Notes: generated by a model not told the origin, from the letters alone. A DNA stretch of 64,000 bases from an uncultured Planctomycetota bacterium (GCA_963845755.1 CAWJTV010000042.1:192001-256000); one strand, 5' to 3'; positions 19,072-30,725 are shown, counted from the stretch's first letter. Translations and numbers: made by a program.

Positions 19072-21132
19072 ATGCGATTGCTCTTGATCTGCTTGCTGTT
19101 GCTGGCCACGGCGTCTCCCCTCTTCGCGGCCGGGCGGGCCATGAGGGTTGACGATCTGCTGGCCGTCAAAGGGGTCTCCGATCCTCAGCTTTCGCCCGAC
19201 GGCACGCTGGTCGTCTACGCGGTCTCGGAGATCGATCGCGCGACCGACAAGACGAACACCAGCCTCTGGCTGGTACCGGCCTCCGGCGGTTCGCCGAAAC
19301 GACTGACGACCGCGCCCGGCGCGAACAACCATCCTCGCTGGAGTCCCGATGGGAAAACGATCGCGTTCGTCTCCAGCCGAGGCGGCTCGTCCCAGGTCTG
19401 GCTGTTGCCGATCGACGGCGGCGAGCCGCGGCAGTTGACCAAGCTGGCCGTCGACGTCTCCGGCCCGATCTGGTCGCCAACGGGAGACAAGATCGCCTTC
19501 ACGGCCGAGGTCTTCCCGGGAAAATCCGCCGAAGAGACCGCTGCCAGGGACAAGGAGAAGGAAGCCTCAAAGAGCAAGGTCCGCGCATACGACCGGCTGA
19601 TGGTCCGCCACTGGAACGTCTGGGACGAAGGCAAGCGAAGCCACCTGTTCGTCGCCGATGCCACGACCGGTGAGGCGAAGGACCTGACGCCTAAAATGGA
19701 GGTCAATACGCCGCCTGCCCCATTCGGCGGCTCGTCCGACTACACCTGGTCGCCCGACGGCAAGGAGCTCGCCTTCACCGCCGAGCCGGCCCACAACGCG
19801 GCCTGGTCGACCAATACCGATATCTGGACCGTCCCCGCCGACGGTGGGGAGCCGAAGAACCTCACGGAGGCGAACAAGGGTGCCGATGGTCAGCCGGCCT
19901 ATTCGCCGGACGGCATCTGGCTCGGGTACGTCAGCCAGGCCCGCGCGGGGTTCGAGTCGGATCAGTGGTCGATGAAGGTCCTGTACCGAGGTAACGGAGG
20001 CAGCCACGATCTGACAAAGTCGCTGGATCGCCCGGTCCAGTCGTTCACATGGGCTGGTGAAGGGGCCTGCCGTGCGGTGATCGACGACATGGGAACGGAG
20101 CCGATCGTGACGTTCAGCTTCGGCTACCTCACCGATGGCACATCGGTAACGGTCATGGGACCGACCCAGTTCCCCCGTCTGGTCACCGACGGTGTCCAGT
20201 CGGGGCTCAACGTCAATTCCAAGTCGGGCAAGATGGTCTTCACTCGTCACAACGCCGCGACCCCGGCCGAGGTGTTCGTCGCCGCGTCTGACGGCTCGGG
20301 CCTGACGCAGTTGACCCACCACAACGCCCCCCTGATCACACAACTGGATTTGCCCAGGCTCGAGGGCTTCGCCTTCTCCGGCGCCGACGGCAACCAGGTC
20401 CATGGCTGGCTGCTCCGCCCGCCGGGTTTCGAGGAAGGCAAGAAATACCCGGTCCTCTTCCTGATCCACGGTGGGCCGCAGGGCGCCTGGCACGACGAGT
20501 GGCACAATCGCTGGAATTACCAGTTGTTCGCCGCGCCGGGGTACGCCGTCGTGGCGATCAATCCCCGCGGCTCGACTGGCTACGGACAGAAGTTCACCGA
20601 CCAGATCAGCCAGGACTGGACTGGGCGCGTCTACGAGGACCTCATGAAGGGACTGGATCACGCGTTGAAGACCTATCCCTTCCTGGATGAGTCCCGGCTG
20701 GCGGCCTGCGGCGGCTCGTATGGCGGATTCATGGTCAACTGGATCGCCGGGCATTCCGACCGGTTCAAGGCGTTGATCAGCCATGCCGGCGTCTTCGACC
20801 TGACGAGCAAGTATGGCACGACCGAGGAGCTCTGGTTCCCCGAGTGGGAGTTCGGCGGGCCTCCCTGGGAGAAACCCGAGCATTATCGCGAGCGGTCACC
20901 CAGCACATACGCGGCCCATTTCCAGACGCCGACCCTCGTGATCCACGGGGCGCTGGATTTCCGCGTGCACGAGGCGCAGGGCCTGGGGATGTTCACCTCA
21001 CTCCAGCGCCGAGGCGTGCCGAGCCGCTACGTGTGGTTCCCTGATGAGGGGCACTGGATCGCCAAGCCCGCAAACCGCGTCGTGTGGTGGCATGAGGTCC
21101 ATGCTTGGTTGGACAAATACCTCAAGCACTGA
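19072..21132 (+). CDS. S9 family peptidase (acylaminoacyl/dipeptidyl peptidase), secreted
   Basis: Signal peptide, PD40 WSPDG repeats, HGGPQ, GGSYGG, DFRV, DEGH. Confidence 0.96.
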   Translation: MRLLLICLLLLATASPLFAAGRAMRVDDLLAVKGVSDPQLSPDGTLVVYAVSEIDRATDKTNTSLWLVPASGGSPKRLTTAPGANNHPRWSPDGKTIAFVSSRGGSSQVWLLPIDGGEPRQLTKLAVDVSGPIWSPTGDKIAFTAEVFPGKSAEETAARDKEKEASKSKVRAYDRLMVRHWNVWDEGKRSHLFVADATTGEAKDLTPKMEVNTPPAPFGGSSDYTWSPDGKELAFTAEPAHNAAWSTNTDIWTVPADGGEPKNLTEANKGADGQPAYSPDGIWLGYVSQARAGFESDQWSMKVLYRGNGGSHDLTKSLDRPVQSFTWAGEGACRAVIDDMGTEPIVTFSFGYLTDGTSVTVMGPTQFPRLVTDGVQSGLNVNSKSGKMVFTRHNAATPAEVFVAASDGSGLTQLTHHNAPLITQLDLPRLEGFAFSGADGNQVHGWLLRPPGFEEGKKYPVLFLIHGGPQGAWHDEWHNRWNYQLFAAPGYAVVAINPRGSTGYGQKFTDQISQDWTGRVYEDLMKGLDHALKTYPFLDESRLAACGGSYGGFMVNWIAGHSDRFKALISHAGVFDLTSKYGTTEELWFPEWEFGGPPWEKPEHYRERSPSTYAAHFQTPTLVIHGALDFRVHEAQGLGMFTSLQRRGVPSRYVWFPDEGHWIAKPANRVVWWHEVHAWLDKYLKH

Positions 21133-21145
21133 AACGGGCTCCCAT

Positions 21146-21204
21146 GTAGGTCAGGCTTTCCGGCCTGACGGTTTACCTTCGTCAGGCCGGAAAGCCTGAC
21201 CTAC
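21146..21204. repeat. Perfect 25-bp inverted repeat (REP-like, GTAGG-type)
   Basis: gtaggtcaggctttccggcctgacg / cgtcaggccggaaagcctgacctac. Confidence 0.85.
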
Positions 21205-21208
21205 TTCC

Positions 21209-22003
21209 TTGTCTGATACTCCGGTGATCGAGCTCCACGACGTGACGCAGCATTATGGTGTGCGGCCGGTGATTCACGGGATCACCCTGCGCATCGAGCG
21301 GGGCGAGGTCGTGGTCATCCTCGGTCCCAACGGCATGGGCAAGACGACGCTTCTGGGTGTGATGGCCGGCGTGATGTCACCCCAGAAGGGCGAGGTCTTC
21401 ATCGACGGCCTGAGGCGCCGCGGCTCGGAAGACGAAGAGCTGGCGATCCGCAAGATGACCGTCTATCTCCCCGACCAACCCTGGCTCCCGGCCCAACGGA
21501 CGCCGCGCGAGTTCCTCCTGGCCGTCGGCCGGCTCTATGACGTCGAGGCCGAACGGCTGATGAACCACATCGATCAGCTCCTCCATCTGTTCGACCTCTC
21601 CGAGCAAAGTGATAGTCCGATCCGATCGCTTTCCGCCGGTCAGAAGAAGAAAGTCGCGCTCTGTTCGGCCCTGGTGACGGAGGCACCGCTGCTCTTGCTC
21701 GATGAGCCGTTCTCCGGCGGGCTGGACCCCTCGGGGATCCTGACCTTGAAGCGGGTGATCCAGCATCGGGCGCACCGCAAGGACGTGACCATTGTCCTGA
21801 CCAGCCCGGTCCCGGAACTGGTCGAGGAGATTGCCACGCGGATCATCGTCCTGCACAACGGCGAGGTCCTCGCATTCGAGACGGTGGACGGCCTTCAGCG
21901 GCTCACGGGCCATCGCGGCGCGCTGGATCAGGTGCTCCAGCGATTGATCTTCCCCGAGACCACTCAGAAGCTCGACGCGTATTTCCAGGAGTTCGGCCGA
22001 TGA
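21209..22003 (+). CDS. ABC transporter ATP-binding protein
   Basis: GPNGMGKT, LSAGQ, LLLDEP. Confidence 0.93.
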   Translation: MSDTPVIELHDVTQHYGVRPVIHGITLRIERGEVVVILGPNGMGKTTLLGVMAGVMSPQKGEVFIDGLRRRGSEDEELAIRKMTVYLPDQPWLPAQRTPREFLLAVGRLYDVEAERLMNHIDQLLHLFDLSEQSDSPIRSLSAGQKKKVALCSALVTEAPLLLLDEPFSGGLDPSGILTLKRVIQHRAHRKDVTIVLTSPVPELVEEIATRIIVLHNGEVLAFETVDGLQRLTGHRGALDQVLQRLIFPETTQKLDAYFQEFGR

Positions 22004-23145
22004 TCCGTCGCCTGTTCTCCCGGTTCCGGCTGGTCGCGCCACCGGGCTGGGCGGTGGCCGTATTCCTGGTATTCTTCATGGCGTTCGAGGGACTGATTCG
22101 CTATTCCGAGCGGTTCGGCATGCCGTGGCCAGTCCCGTTCCGCCCCGGATGGTCCTGCTTGATTTTCGCCAGCGTCATGCTGGGTTTTTATTGCGCAGTC
22201 GCGTTTCACCCCTTCTTTCAAGGGGACTATCTCCGCTGGCTGAAGTCAACGCCCTGGACGGTGCGCAAACCCTTGCCAGCCGGCCCCGTGGACCTGGTCC
22301 TCGAAGACAGCCTGGCGATCGGCGCGTTGATGTGCCTGAGTCTGACCCAGCCCGGAGGTGGCTCGATCGAGGTGCTCAATGCCTTCTTGTTCACCCACGC
22401 GGCCATCCTGGTCCGGACGTTCTGGCGAACGGCGGTCCCGGGCTTCGGCTATTGCGGAGCGTTGTTCCTGGGGTTCGTCCCGAGGTTGTGGGCGCAGCCC
22501 TGGATCGACCTCGCCGTACTGACATCCATCTACCTCTTCGTGCATGAAGGGCTCTGGCGGTCGCTGGCTCGTTTTCCCTGGCCCACGGAAGGGGTCTTGG
22601 ACGATCAATACCCCGGAGTGCGCATCGAAAGGGAGTACGGCCCATCCTGCGGCTGGCCCTACGACCGTTTCCATCGCGATGTGAGAATGGCCAGAGGCAT
22701 TGGTCGAGGCGATGCGATCTTGATCAGCATGCTGACCGGTTGGTGGTTTTTCGCCCTGGGTGCCTGGATCCCCACGCAATGGTTGTCCACGTTCCTCTTC
22801 AGTTTGGCCATTGCGCTGTTGATGCGACGCAGTGTGCTCTACTTCCAAGGTTACGAGTCTCCGATCAGTGTCGGAGGGCGAATCGCCACGTTCCGTTGGA
22901 TCATCCCGGGTTACGATCAAGCGGCGCTGTTCATCGTGCTTACCCCCCTGGCCATTGCGATGATGATCGGCCTGACGATGTACCTGCAGATGGATCGGTA
23001 CCAAACCATTCCCGCCTTTGCCGCCCTGCTTGTCCTGATCGCCCTTACGACTCCTCCGAAGCTGAGACGCTGGCGGCTGACGGGTCAGCATCGCCTGGTG
23101 CACGCGATTCACAAGACCAGCCAGGAATATGTTCAGGTCGGCTAG
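22000..23145 (+). CDS. Membrane protein, probable ABC permease partner
   Basis: Multi-TM, ATGA overlap with the ATPase gene. Confidence 0.75.
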   Translation: MIRRLFSRFRLVAPPGWAVAVFLVFFMAFEGLIRYSERFGMPWPVPFRPGWSCLIFASVMLGFYCAVAFHPFFQGDYLRWLKSTPWTVRKPLPAGPVDLVLEDSLAIGALMCLSLTQPGGGSIEVLNAFLFTHAAILVRTFWRTAVPGFGYCGALFLGFVPRLWAQPWIDLAVLTSIYLFVHEGLWRSLARFPWPTEGVLDDQYPGVRIEREYGPSCGWPYDRFHRDVRMARGIGRGDAILISMLTGWWFFALGAWIPTQWLSTFLFSLAIALLMRRSVLYFQGYESPISVGGRIATFRWIIPGYDQAALFIVLTPLAIAMMIGLTMYLQMDRYQTIPAFAALLVLIALTTPPKLRRWRLTGQHRLVHAIHKTSQEYVQVG

Positions 23146-23147
23146 AC

Positions 23148-23624
23148 ATGAAAACAACTGATGAACCCGAAGACGTGCCCCAGGGATACTCCGCCCTCGC
23201 GGGGATCCTGCGGCGGTCCTGCCCGCGATGCCGGCGCGGGCCGATCTTCGCCGCACTCTGGACCATGCACGACGATTGCCCGGTGTGCGGCCTCGACTTC
23301 GACCGCGGGGACCCGGGCCATTTCACCGGTGCCATGTACGTCAGCTACGGCCTGGCAATCCCCCTGATCGCTCTGCTAACCTTGATCGAATATCTGATCG
23401 TCCCGGCGTGGTCGCTCTTCCGGCTGGTGGTGCTGGCCTCGCTGATCTGCGTGCCGCTGATCCCCTGGATCTGGCAGTATTCCCGAGTCATCTGGATCTA
23501 TTTCGATCGGTACTTCGACCCCGAGGATGACCCGCAGGCAGGGGGCGAACCGGGAAACCCGGCGACTTCGGAAGGGCCGAACCCCGCCGCGGACCCGGAC
23601 GAACGAGGCGAATCCACTTCATGA
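23148..23624 (+). CDS. DUF983-like Zn-ribbon membrane protein
   Basis: CPRCRRGPIF...CPVCG plus two TMs. Confidence 0.85.
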   Translation: MKTTDEPEDVPQGYSALAGILRRSCPRCRRGPIFAALWTMHDDCPVCGLDFDRGDPGHFTGAMYVSYGLAIPLIALLTLIEYLIVPAWSLFRLVVLASLICVPLIPWIWQYSRVIWIYFDRYFDPEDDPQAGGEPGNPATSEGPNPAADPDERGESTS

Positions 23625-23692
23625 GAGGCTCTCGAAAGACGGGGACTGGCTCCGAGTCTTCGAGGTGCCAGTCCCCGTCTTTCGAGAGCCTC
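23625..23692. repeat. REP-like palindrome, family A
   Basis: gaggctctcgaaagacggggactggc...gccagtccccgtctttcgagagcctc. Confidence 0.85.
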
Positions 23693-23714
23693 CAGCTCAA
23701 GGGAAATCGCAGAC

Positions 23715-25374
23715 ATGTCCGAAACTCCGAATGCGAGACTCAGGCCGATCGCCGAGGTGGCCGGCGAGCTGAAGATCGCGGCCGATCATCTGGAGCCCTA
23801 CGGGCGGGACAAGGCGAAGGTCCGACTCGAGGCGTTGCATCAGGCGGCGGCCACCCGCTCGCCGGGCCGTTTGATCCTGGTCTCGGCGATCACGCCGACG
23901 CCGGCCGGTGAGGGGAAGACGACGACCTCGATCGGGCTGGCCCAAGGGCTGCACCGGATCGGCAAGCATGCGGCACTGGCGCTCCGCCAGCCGTCGATGG
24001 GTCCGGTCTTCGGTCGCAAGGGAGGCGCGACTGGAGGCGGGGCCAGCCGCGTGGAGCCGTCGAACACGATCAACCTCCAGTTCACGGGCGATTTCCACGC
24101 GATCACCGCCGCTCACAACCTGCTCGCCGCGGCGATCGACAACCGGCTCCATTTTCGCGACATCGACCTCGATCCCACGCGCGTCCTGTGGAAGCGCGCC
24201 CTGGACATGAACGACCGCGCGCTGCGGAACATCATCATCGGGTTGGGGGGCAGTTCCCAGGGAGTGCCCCGCGAGTCGGGATTCGACATCACGGCGGCCA
24301 GCGAAGTCATGGCCATCCTCTGCCTGGCCGATTCGCCGAGCGACCTCCGCGCGCGGATCGACCGCATCCTCGTCGGTTATTCGCCGACGGGGCGGCAGGT
24401 CCTCGCGCAGGACCTCGGCGTCACCGGCTCGATGGCGGCCATCCTCAACGAGACCCTTCTGCCGAACCTGGTCCAGACGACCGAGTCCACTCCGGCGTTC
24501 ATCCACGGCGGCCCGTTCGCTAACATCGCCCACGGTTGCAACTCGATCCTGGCCACACGAATGGCCCTGGCCACCGCCGATTACGCTGTGACAGAGGCCG
24601 GCTTCGCCTTCGACCTGGGCGGCGAGAAGTTCTTCGACCTGAAATGCCGGGCGGCCGTCCTGAACCCGTCTGCCATCGTCCTGGTCGCCACGATCCGGGC
24701 GCTCAAGATGCACGGCGGCGTCGAGCTCGATGCGTTGAAGGAGGTGGACCCCGCGGCGGTCGAGCGGGGCTTGGAGAACCTCGCCGCGCACCTGGACAGT
24801 GCGGCGCATTTCGGAAAGCCGACGATCGTCGCCATCAACCAGTTCGACACCGACACGCCCGACGAGCTCGAGGTGGTCCACGGCTATTGCGCGGGGCGGG
24901 GTGTCCCGTGCCGCGACGGCCAATGTCTTCGGCGAGGGCGGCGGCGGGGCCATCGACCTTGCCGAGAAGGTCGTCGCGGCCGCGGGGGCACCCGCTACGG
25001 AATATCAGCCCCTCTACCCCCTGGATTGGCCGGCAGAGGAGAAGATCGAGCGAATCGCCCGGATCATGTACGGCGCCGAGGGTGTCACCATCCTGCCGGC
25101 CGCGGCCGCCAAGCTGCGCAAGGCCGTGAAGCTCGGCTACGGGAAGTTGCCGATCTGCATGGCGAAGACCCAGGACTCGCTCTCCGACAACCCCAAACTC
25201 CGCGGCCGGCCCAGGGGCTTCACGCTGACCGTCCGGGACATCGAGATCGCCGCCGGCGCGGGCTTCCTCGTCGCCCTGACCGGCGACATCGTCCGCATGC
25301 CTGGCCTTCCCCAGCGCCCCGCCGCGGAGCGGATCGACGTCGATGCCGAAGGGCGGATCGTCGGTCTCGCCTGA
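23715..25374 (+). CDS. fhs: Formate--tetrahydrofolate ligase (frameshift ~24911)
   Basis: TPTPAGEGKTT, KGGATGGG, HGGPFANIAHGCNS, TEAGF. The C-terminus (ICMAKTQ, AGAGF, MPGLP) is in the next frame. Confidence 0.95.
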
Positions 25375-25441
25375 AGGTTTCGTGCGTCTGTTCGGGACGC
25401 CGGGATCGGCGAACGCCCCCTCATGCCGATGGATGGAGCGA

Positions 25442-26509
25442 TCAATCCCGGCGAACCGGGTCCTCGAGGACCCGTACGATGCCCCGATCGGCATCGAGCT
25501 CGACCAGCCCGCCATGCGGCAGGGTGGCATTGAGCGGCGTGTGGCCGACCGGGAACTTCATCAGGACGGGTACCCTCAACTTCCCCAGAGACTCGCGCAG
25601 GACGCGATCGAGCTCTTTTGCATGGGGGTGATCGCTGGGCGAGAAGCTGCCCGCCACCACACCGGCGACAGCCTCGAGGGCGCCCGCCAATCGAAGCTGG
25701 GAGAGCATGCGATCGACGCGATACGGGGCTTCGTTGGTATCCTCGATGAGGAGGATCGCCCCCTTCGGCTGCAAAGCGTAAGGGGTCCCGAGGGTCGCGC
25801 AGATGAGGGTCAGGTTCCCGCCAAGCAACCGCCCTCGCGCCGTCCCGCCGACCAGCTTCTCCGGCTTCGCATCCTCCGGAATCGCAATGGTGTAACCCGA
25901 TTCCCCCTTCGGGTACTGATCGGCGAACACCGCCCGCCGGAACGACCGGGAGGCGAAGGCGAACTCACCCTCCAGGCCCTTCCAAAGGCTGTGCGCCGGC
26001 ATCGGGGAATGGAATGTGATGAGCCGGACCTGACGGGCGACGGCCAGGTGGAGGGCGGTCAGGTCCGAGTAGCCCGTGATGATCTTGGGATCCTTACGGA
26101 GGGCGTCGTAATCGATTCGGTCGAGGATCCGGGTCAGCCCGTATCCGCCGCCGACGGGGAAGATCGCTCGGACTTTCGGGTCGCGAATCATCCGGTTTAG
26201 CTCGTCGGCCCGCTCCTCGTCGGTGCCGGCGAGGTATCCGTTCTTCCGATGATCCATTCCCGGCGGGATGATCACCCGATACCCCATTTCTTCCAGGTGC
26301 GCCGCGTACGCCCTTATTGGGCCGGGATCGGCCGGCGCGGCCGGGGCGACGAACGCGATCGTATCGCCGAGTTTGAGTGCCGCCGGCCGGATCCAATCGG
26401 TCGCCGGTGTCGGATCCTGGGCGAACACTGAGGACGCCCCGGCGGCGAGGATCGCGAGTGCGGTCGTGAAACCCCAGAAGGGGATACCGTATGGCGGGAA
26501 CGCTGTCAT
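25442..26509 (-). CDS. LD-carboxypeptidase (S66), with signal peptide
   Basis: GGYG, GYSDLT, GGNL, IEDTNE, VGH. Confidence 0.93.
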   Translation of the reverse strand: MTAFPPYGIPFWGFTTALAILAAGASSVFAQDPTPATDWIRPAALKLGDTIAFVAPAAPADPGPIRAYAAHLEEMGYRVIIPPGMDHRKNGYLAGTDEERADELNRMIRDPKVRAIFPVGGGYGLTRILDRIDYDALRKDPKIITGYSDLTALHLAVARQVRLITFHSPMPAHSLWKGLEGEFAFASRSFRRAVFADQYPKGESGYTIAIPEDAKPEKLVGGTARGRLLGGNLTLICATLGTPYALQPKGAILLIEDTNEAPYRVDRMLSQLRLAGALEAVAGVVAGSFSPSDHPHAKELDRVLRESLGKLRVPVLMKFPVGHTPLNATLPHGGLVELDADRGIVRVLEDPVRRD

Positions 26510-26535
26510 CGAGGAGGCTCCGTAAGAACTCCTAA

Positions 26536-26643
26536 TTCAACCACGAAATACACGAAAACCCGAAATAAGAAAAATCGAGAATTGGCTATCCATCTCCTTC
26601 CCTCTCTGGATTCTTGGTGGATTTCGTGAATTTCGTGGTTGAA
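26536..26643. repeat. Intergenic inverted repeat AACCACGAAATACACGAAA...TTTCGTGAATTTCGTGGTT
   Basis: Imperfect long-loop palindrome with internal ~9-nt periodicity. Confidence 0.7.
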
Positions 26644-26994
26644 CACTTCAAGGGAGAAGGGTCAAGAGCTGTGAGAGTCCGGGTCGTTCCAGGCGCTCTG
26701 AGGCAGGGAGGCGCTCACGCGGTCTTCCGTCCGAGACCGCGCGGATCGTCGCACTGGGCGGGAGTTCGTACTCACTCTCATCCGCGGCTGATGAGAACGA
26801 CAAATGGGGACGGGATTCCGGCGGACCGGCTGCGGGTCACCGCGCGAACAGGTCGGCGGCCATGGCCAGGCCCGACATCGGGGGTCTTAAGGATTGAATC
26901 ATTCGTTCCGTCCCCTCCGCGCAGAATTCGTTCCGTCCCCTCCGTTCAGTCTCGGCATTTCCGTCCGAAGTCATACACAGGGCCAGGCCGAAGT

Positions 26995-28469
26995 TTACTC
27001 TCCGACGATATCTTTCACCTCTTTACGAGTCATCTGATATTTCTCCGAGAGTTCGGTGACGATCTCTTGCTTCCTGGTCCGCAAATAGTCGAACACCCGA
27101 TTCTGGCGCTTGCCCCTGGCGACTCGTCGGGCTTGCACCATTTCTCCAGGTAGTCGGCGAGGACCTGCTCCCGGAGTGATGGCTCTTTCGGTGCAGCCTC
27201 CGGAACGACCGATGAACGCGGCGATGGTTGGGGAGCCGCCACCGGTGGAGTCGAATCGGTACGCATCCGCGGTGGAGTACCGGCTGACGCCAGGATCTCA
27301 TCGAGTTCCTCGACGGTGATCGTTAGCCCTCTCGCCACGTCTTTCTTGTAATCCCGAAGCGCCTCCAGTTTTTTCGCTTGCTCCAGGGACTCGTCACCGG
27401 CAATATCCCTGTCGTACTCCTGGAACTTCCGAAGCCACCCCTCGGATACGGTCGAGCGAAACTCCGGGGTCCACTCCGACAAATCGTAGTGGTTTCGCGC
27501 CTTCGACCCGGCACGCGTGAACGTCACCTCGCGCCAGCACTCGCGCGCCTTGGATTCGGGCGTGTACTGGAATAAGCTTTTCCAGACGATCGGCATGTGT
27601 TTCGCGGCGAGGCCCGGCTTCTCCGGTGGGAACGAGATCTCCACATCGGCCATCGCGTACCAGAGCCAGGGGATTCTCCGCTCGTCGACAGGGGAGGGGT
27701 TAATCTTGATGCTCTGGATGGTGACTTCCTCGGCTTTGACGGATTCCCGAAGCACGTCGATGATCGTGAACTGGATGAAGAACTCCGCCGCCGCCGGTAT
27801 CTCGTCGTCCGTCAGGTGGATCGGTTCTTCTGGCTTGGTCGTCTCGCCTTTCTCCCCATCAGCTTGAGTCTTCGCACTGGCCTCTTTGTCGCCGAGGAGC
27901 CTGGGCTTCTTCTGCGCCTCCACGACAGCCAGGAGTCGATTCCTGGATGTCGTCGCCGAAGCGACGATTCGACGATAGCGGCCGGCGCCGAAGCGCTTCT
28001 GCTCGATCATCGCCAGGAGATTGTCGTACTTCTCGACGGCCGTCCGAGATTCTCCGGAGCGTGCCAGGTCGTCCGCTTCAATCTTCAGGTGCGTAACTCG
28101 GCCTTCAAACGCCTTCTCGGCATGATTGACGTACAGGTAGCCGAGGAAGACCATCATCAGGAGACACGAGACACCGGCTCCAGCCAAGGCCACCGGGTTC
28201 TTCCAAAGAGGCCGTTTCTGTTCATCGGCAGGCTTTACTCGCGGGCGACAGGGCTCGGGCTCGTCGGACCATTCCGGGTGCTCCTGCGGCTTTGCGGCTG
28301 GCACTGGCTCTCTTGGCAACGGCGGAGGGGCGTGGTCCGCACGCCATGTGCTCCGCAAGGGAACTTCGAACTCCGCCCCACATGCCGGGCATTTCGACCG
28401 TTGTCCTGCGTGTTCATCCTCGGCCGTTAACTTTTTCCCGCAGTTCACGCACGAGAATTCAATCCCCAT
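26995..28469 (-). CDS. Zn-ribbon, single-TM hypothetical protein (probable frameshift ~27120)
   Basis: MGIEFSCVNCG...CPACG and a TM. A more plausible C-terminus KRQNRVFDYLRTRKQEIVTELSEKYQMTRKEVKDIVGE* lies in an adjacent frame. Confidence 0.7.
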
Positions 28470-28748
28470 CGCGGCCACTCTCCCGGGTGAGACACCAAGG
28501 CGCAGCCTGCGTTTATCGTAGCGATCGCCGATCGGGACACAAGGTGGCAGCGATGACTTCATCGAATCATCGGAGAGGCGACAGGGGACATCGGGGATGG
28601 ACAGGAGGGCAGGAGGTCGAGCCTGGATTCCGGGGCAGTTCGCGGCTCTTGAATGCCGGGTCCGGGAGCGCTGGGTACGACATCGGGAATAGGCGAGAGC
28701 GGTCTCCGTCGCCTCCGCTTGCCGCACTTGCTCTCGACGTGAAAGGCC

Positions 28749-30725
28749 TCATTCCACGCGGCGCCCGGCGTCCTCGAGTGCCGCGGCGATCGTGCGCTCG
28801 GTCCGGCCGAGCGTGGCGTCGGTCGCCCCTTGTTCGACATGGAGGATCCGGCCGCCGCGATCCACCACGACCATGGTCGGATAGAACTGGACCTGGAACG
28901 CCTTCTGGAGCTGGCAGTTCCCGTCCATGCTCGAGACGAGCACGGGATATGGGATACCGAGCTGACGGACGGCCTTGGTCGCCGAGGCCCGGCGTTCCTC
29001 CGGCGTCGCTCCCTTCTCACAGGCGATCCCGATCACCTGGACTCGCTTCCCGCCCAGCCGAGCTTGCAGGTCGCGTTCGTAGGCGATCGACTTCCGACAC
29101 TGAAGGCACCAGCTCCCCCAGAAGTCGAGGAGGATCACGTCGGCGTCGAAGTCGCGGAACGAGACCATCTTGCCCGCGAGGTCGGGGAGCTGGAAGTCGA
29201 TGATGCGGCGCTCCGCGGTATCGATCTGGCAGGTGCTCTCCCCGGTCTCAGACCCCTCGGCCGCCGGCTGTGGCACAGACGGCCTGCGATGCTGGCTGGT
29301 GTTGGCTTCTCGCTCGGCATCGGGGTTCGTACGGTTGCCGACGACCCTCACGACATCGCGTGCACCGGCCTCGTCCACGACCGAGGTTCGGCGCACCGAT
29401 TCGTCGAGCGGCACGGCGCGCGGGCTGATCGATAGCTCGCGCCAGGTGGGTCGCCGTTGAAGCTGCGGGCTCGGTTCGGCGTCGGCGCCCTCCGGCGATC
29501 CGTCGGATCGGGCGGGATCCGCCGGCTCCGACGACTTGCGGGATCGGTTGGTCGACGGTGCGGTCGCGGGCCCCCCGCGGCGCTCGCGCGAGGATCGAGA
29601 TGAGCGAGACACCGGCACGGTACCGCCATCGGTACCGATCGGATCGATCTGTCCATACGACGCCCGCGCGACGCCTTGACTCGGGTCGAGGACATCGTTG
29701 GGAATCAGGCGAGGTTCCCCGGAGTCGGCTCGTCGGACCCTGGTCCGCGACGGTGCAGCGGATGGGTCGTCGCCGGTCATGCCGAGCGGGCGCCCGTCCT
29801 CACGGGTGTTCGATGCCGAGGCGGCCGACTCCCCGGGCTCGAGCGCCGGCGGGAGCGGATTCTCGCCGTCGTCGTCGTACTCGCGGCCGATCGACTCGCT
29901 CCTCCCCGGCTCGTCACGAGAGTCGGCGCCGGCGTTGGCGTCGTTACGCGGCCGGGCCGTCTGGCGAGCCCCGGTCGAGCTGGAACGCGGGTTCGTGCTC
30001 CATCCGGCGCGGATCGGTGCCGAGGACGCACCGGATGCCAGCCGTGTCGCGGTTTGGCGGTTCATCCTCGAGGAGAGGGGTGCGGCCTCCTCGGCGGGCT
30101 GTTCCCGCTCCTCACCCTCATCAGGAAGCACTCCACCCGGCGGGATGATCGACGGGAACCCGTCGTCTTCGCCGGACTCGGGCTCCGCCGCCTGCTGGTT
30201 CCGCGTACGGACGGGGCGAATCGTCGTCGTCCGCGACCCGGCTCCGCTACTGTGCGTCGCCACATCGATACGGACGTCGGTCTGCGAAACCCGCGCCTCC
30301 GATCGACCCGACATCATCCCCTCGTCACCTTGGGACTCCGCGATCAGCGTATAGGACCGACCGGGGCGAAGCCCCCGCAACGTGAAGGCCCCGGCTCGAT
30401 CGGTCGTTGCGGAATTGTCCCGACCCCCGGGCGCACCCCCGACGACAAGCCGCACGCGCGCATTGGGTACGGGCTTCCCGAGATCATCATACACCCGCCC
30501 GGAGATCCGCCCACCCGGCGAGGGGGACAGGTCCACTTGCTCTGTCTCGGCGCTCGTCGTCGAACCCGGTTCACCCGCCACGATCGGCAGAGGTTTGTCG
30601 CCGATTGTGGCGACCGTCTTCACCTTCGAGCCTTCGTTTGGACGCAGCCAGCTCGTCTGGGAACATCCCACTAGGTTGCCAACGGCCAGCGCGAGGAGGC
30701 AGAACGTCAATCTTGGGATGCGCAT
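28749..30725 (-). CDS. Lipoprotein with carboxypeptidase-regulatory-like domain, disordered linker and TlpA/redoxin domain
   Basis: LVGC lipobox, ISGRVYDDLGKPV, DFWGSWCLQC, FYPT. Confidence 0.85.
   Translation of the reverse strand: MRIPRLTFCLLALAVGNLVGCSQTSWLRPNEGSKVKTVATIGDKPLPIVAGEPGSTTSAETEQVDLSPSPGGRISGRVYDDLGKPVPNARVRLVVGGAPGGRDNSATTDRAGAFTLRGLRPGRSYTLIAESQGDEGMMSGRSEARVSQTDVRIDVATHSSGAGSRTTTIRPVRTRNQQAAEPESGEDDGFPSIIPPGGVLPDEGEEREQPAEEAAPLSSRMNRQTATRLASGASSAPIRAGWSTNPRSSSTGARQTARPRNDANAGADSRDEPGRSESIGREYDDDGENPLPPALEPGESAASASNTREDGRPLGMTGDDPSAAPSRTRVRRADSGEPRLIPNDVLDPSQGVARASYGQIDPIGTDGGTVPVSRSSRSSRERRGGPATAPSTNRSRKSSEPADPARSDGSPEGADAEPSPQLQRRPTWRELSISPRAVPLDESVRRTSVVDEAGARDVVRVVGNRTNPDAEREANTSQHRRPSVPQPAAEGSETGESTCQIDTAERRIIDFQLPDLAGKMVSFRDFDADVILLDFWGSWCLQCRKSIAYERDLQARLGGKRVQVIGIACEKGATPEERRASATKAVRQLGIPYPVLVSSMDGNCQLQKAFQVQFYPTMVVVDRGGRILHVEQGATDATLGRTERTIAAALEDAGRRVE

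Noticed and set aside
23715..25374. fhs, ltaE and the kinase as pseudogenes or programmed frameshifts
   Set aside because: No slippery heptamers or further decay seen. The window-wide pattern fits sequencing indels.
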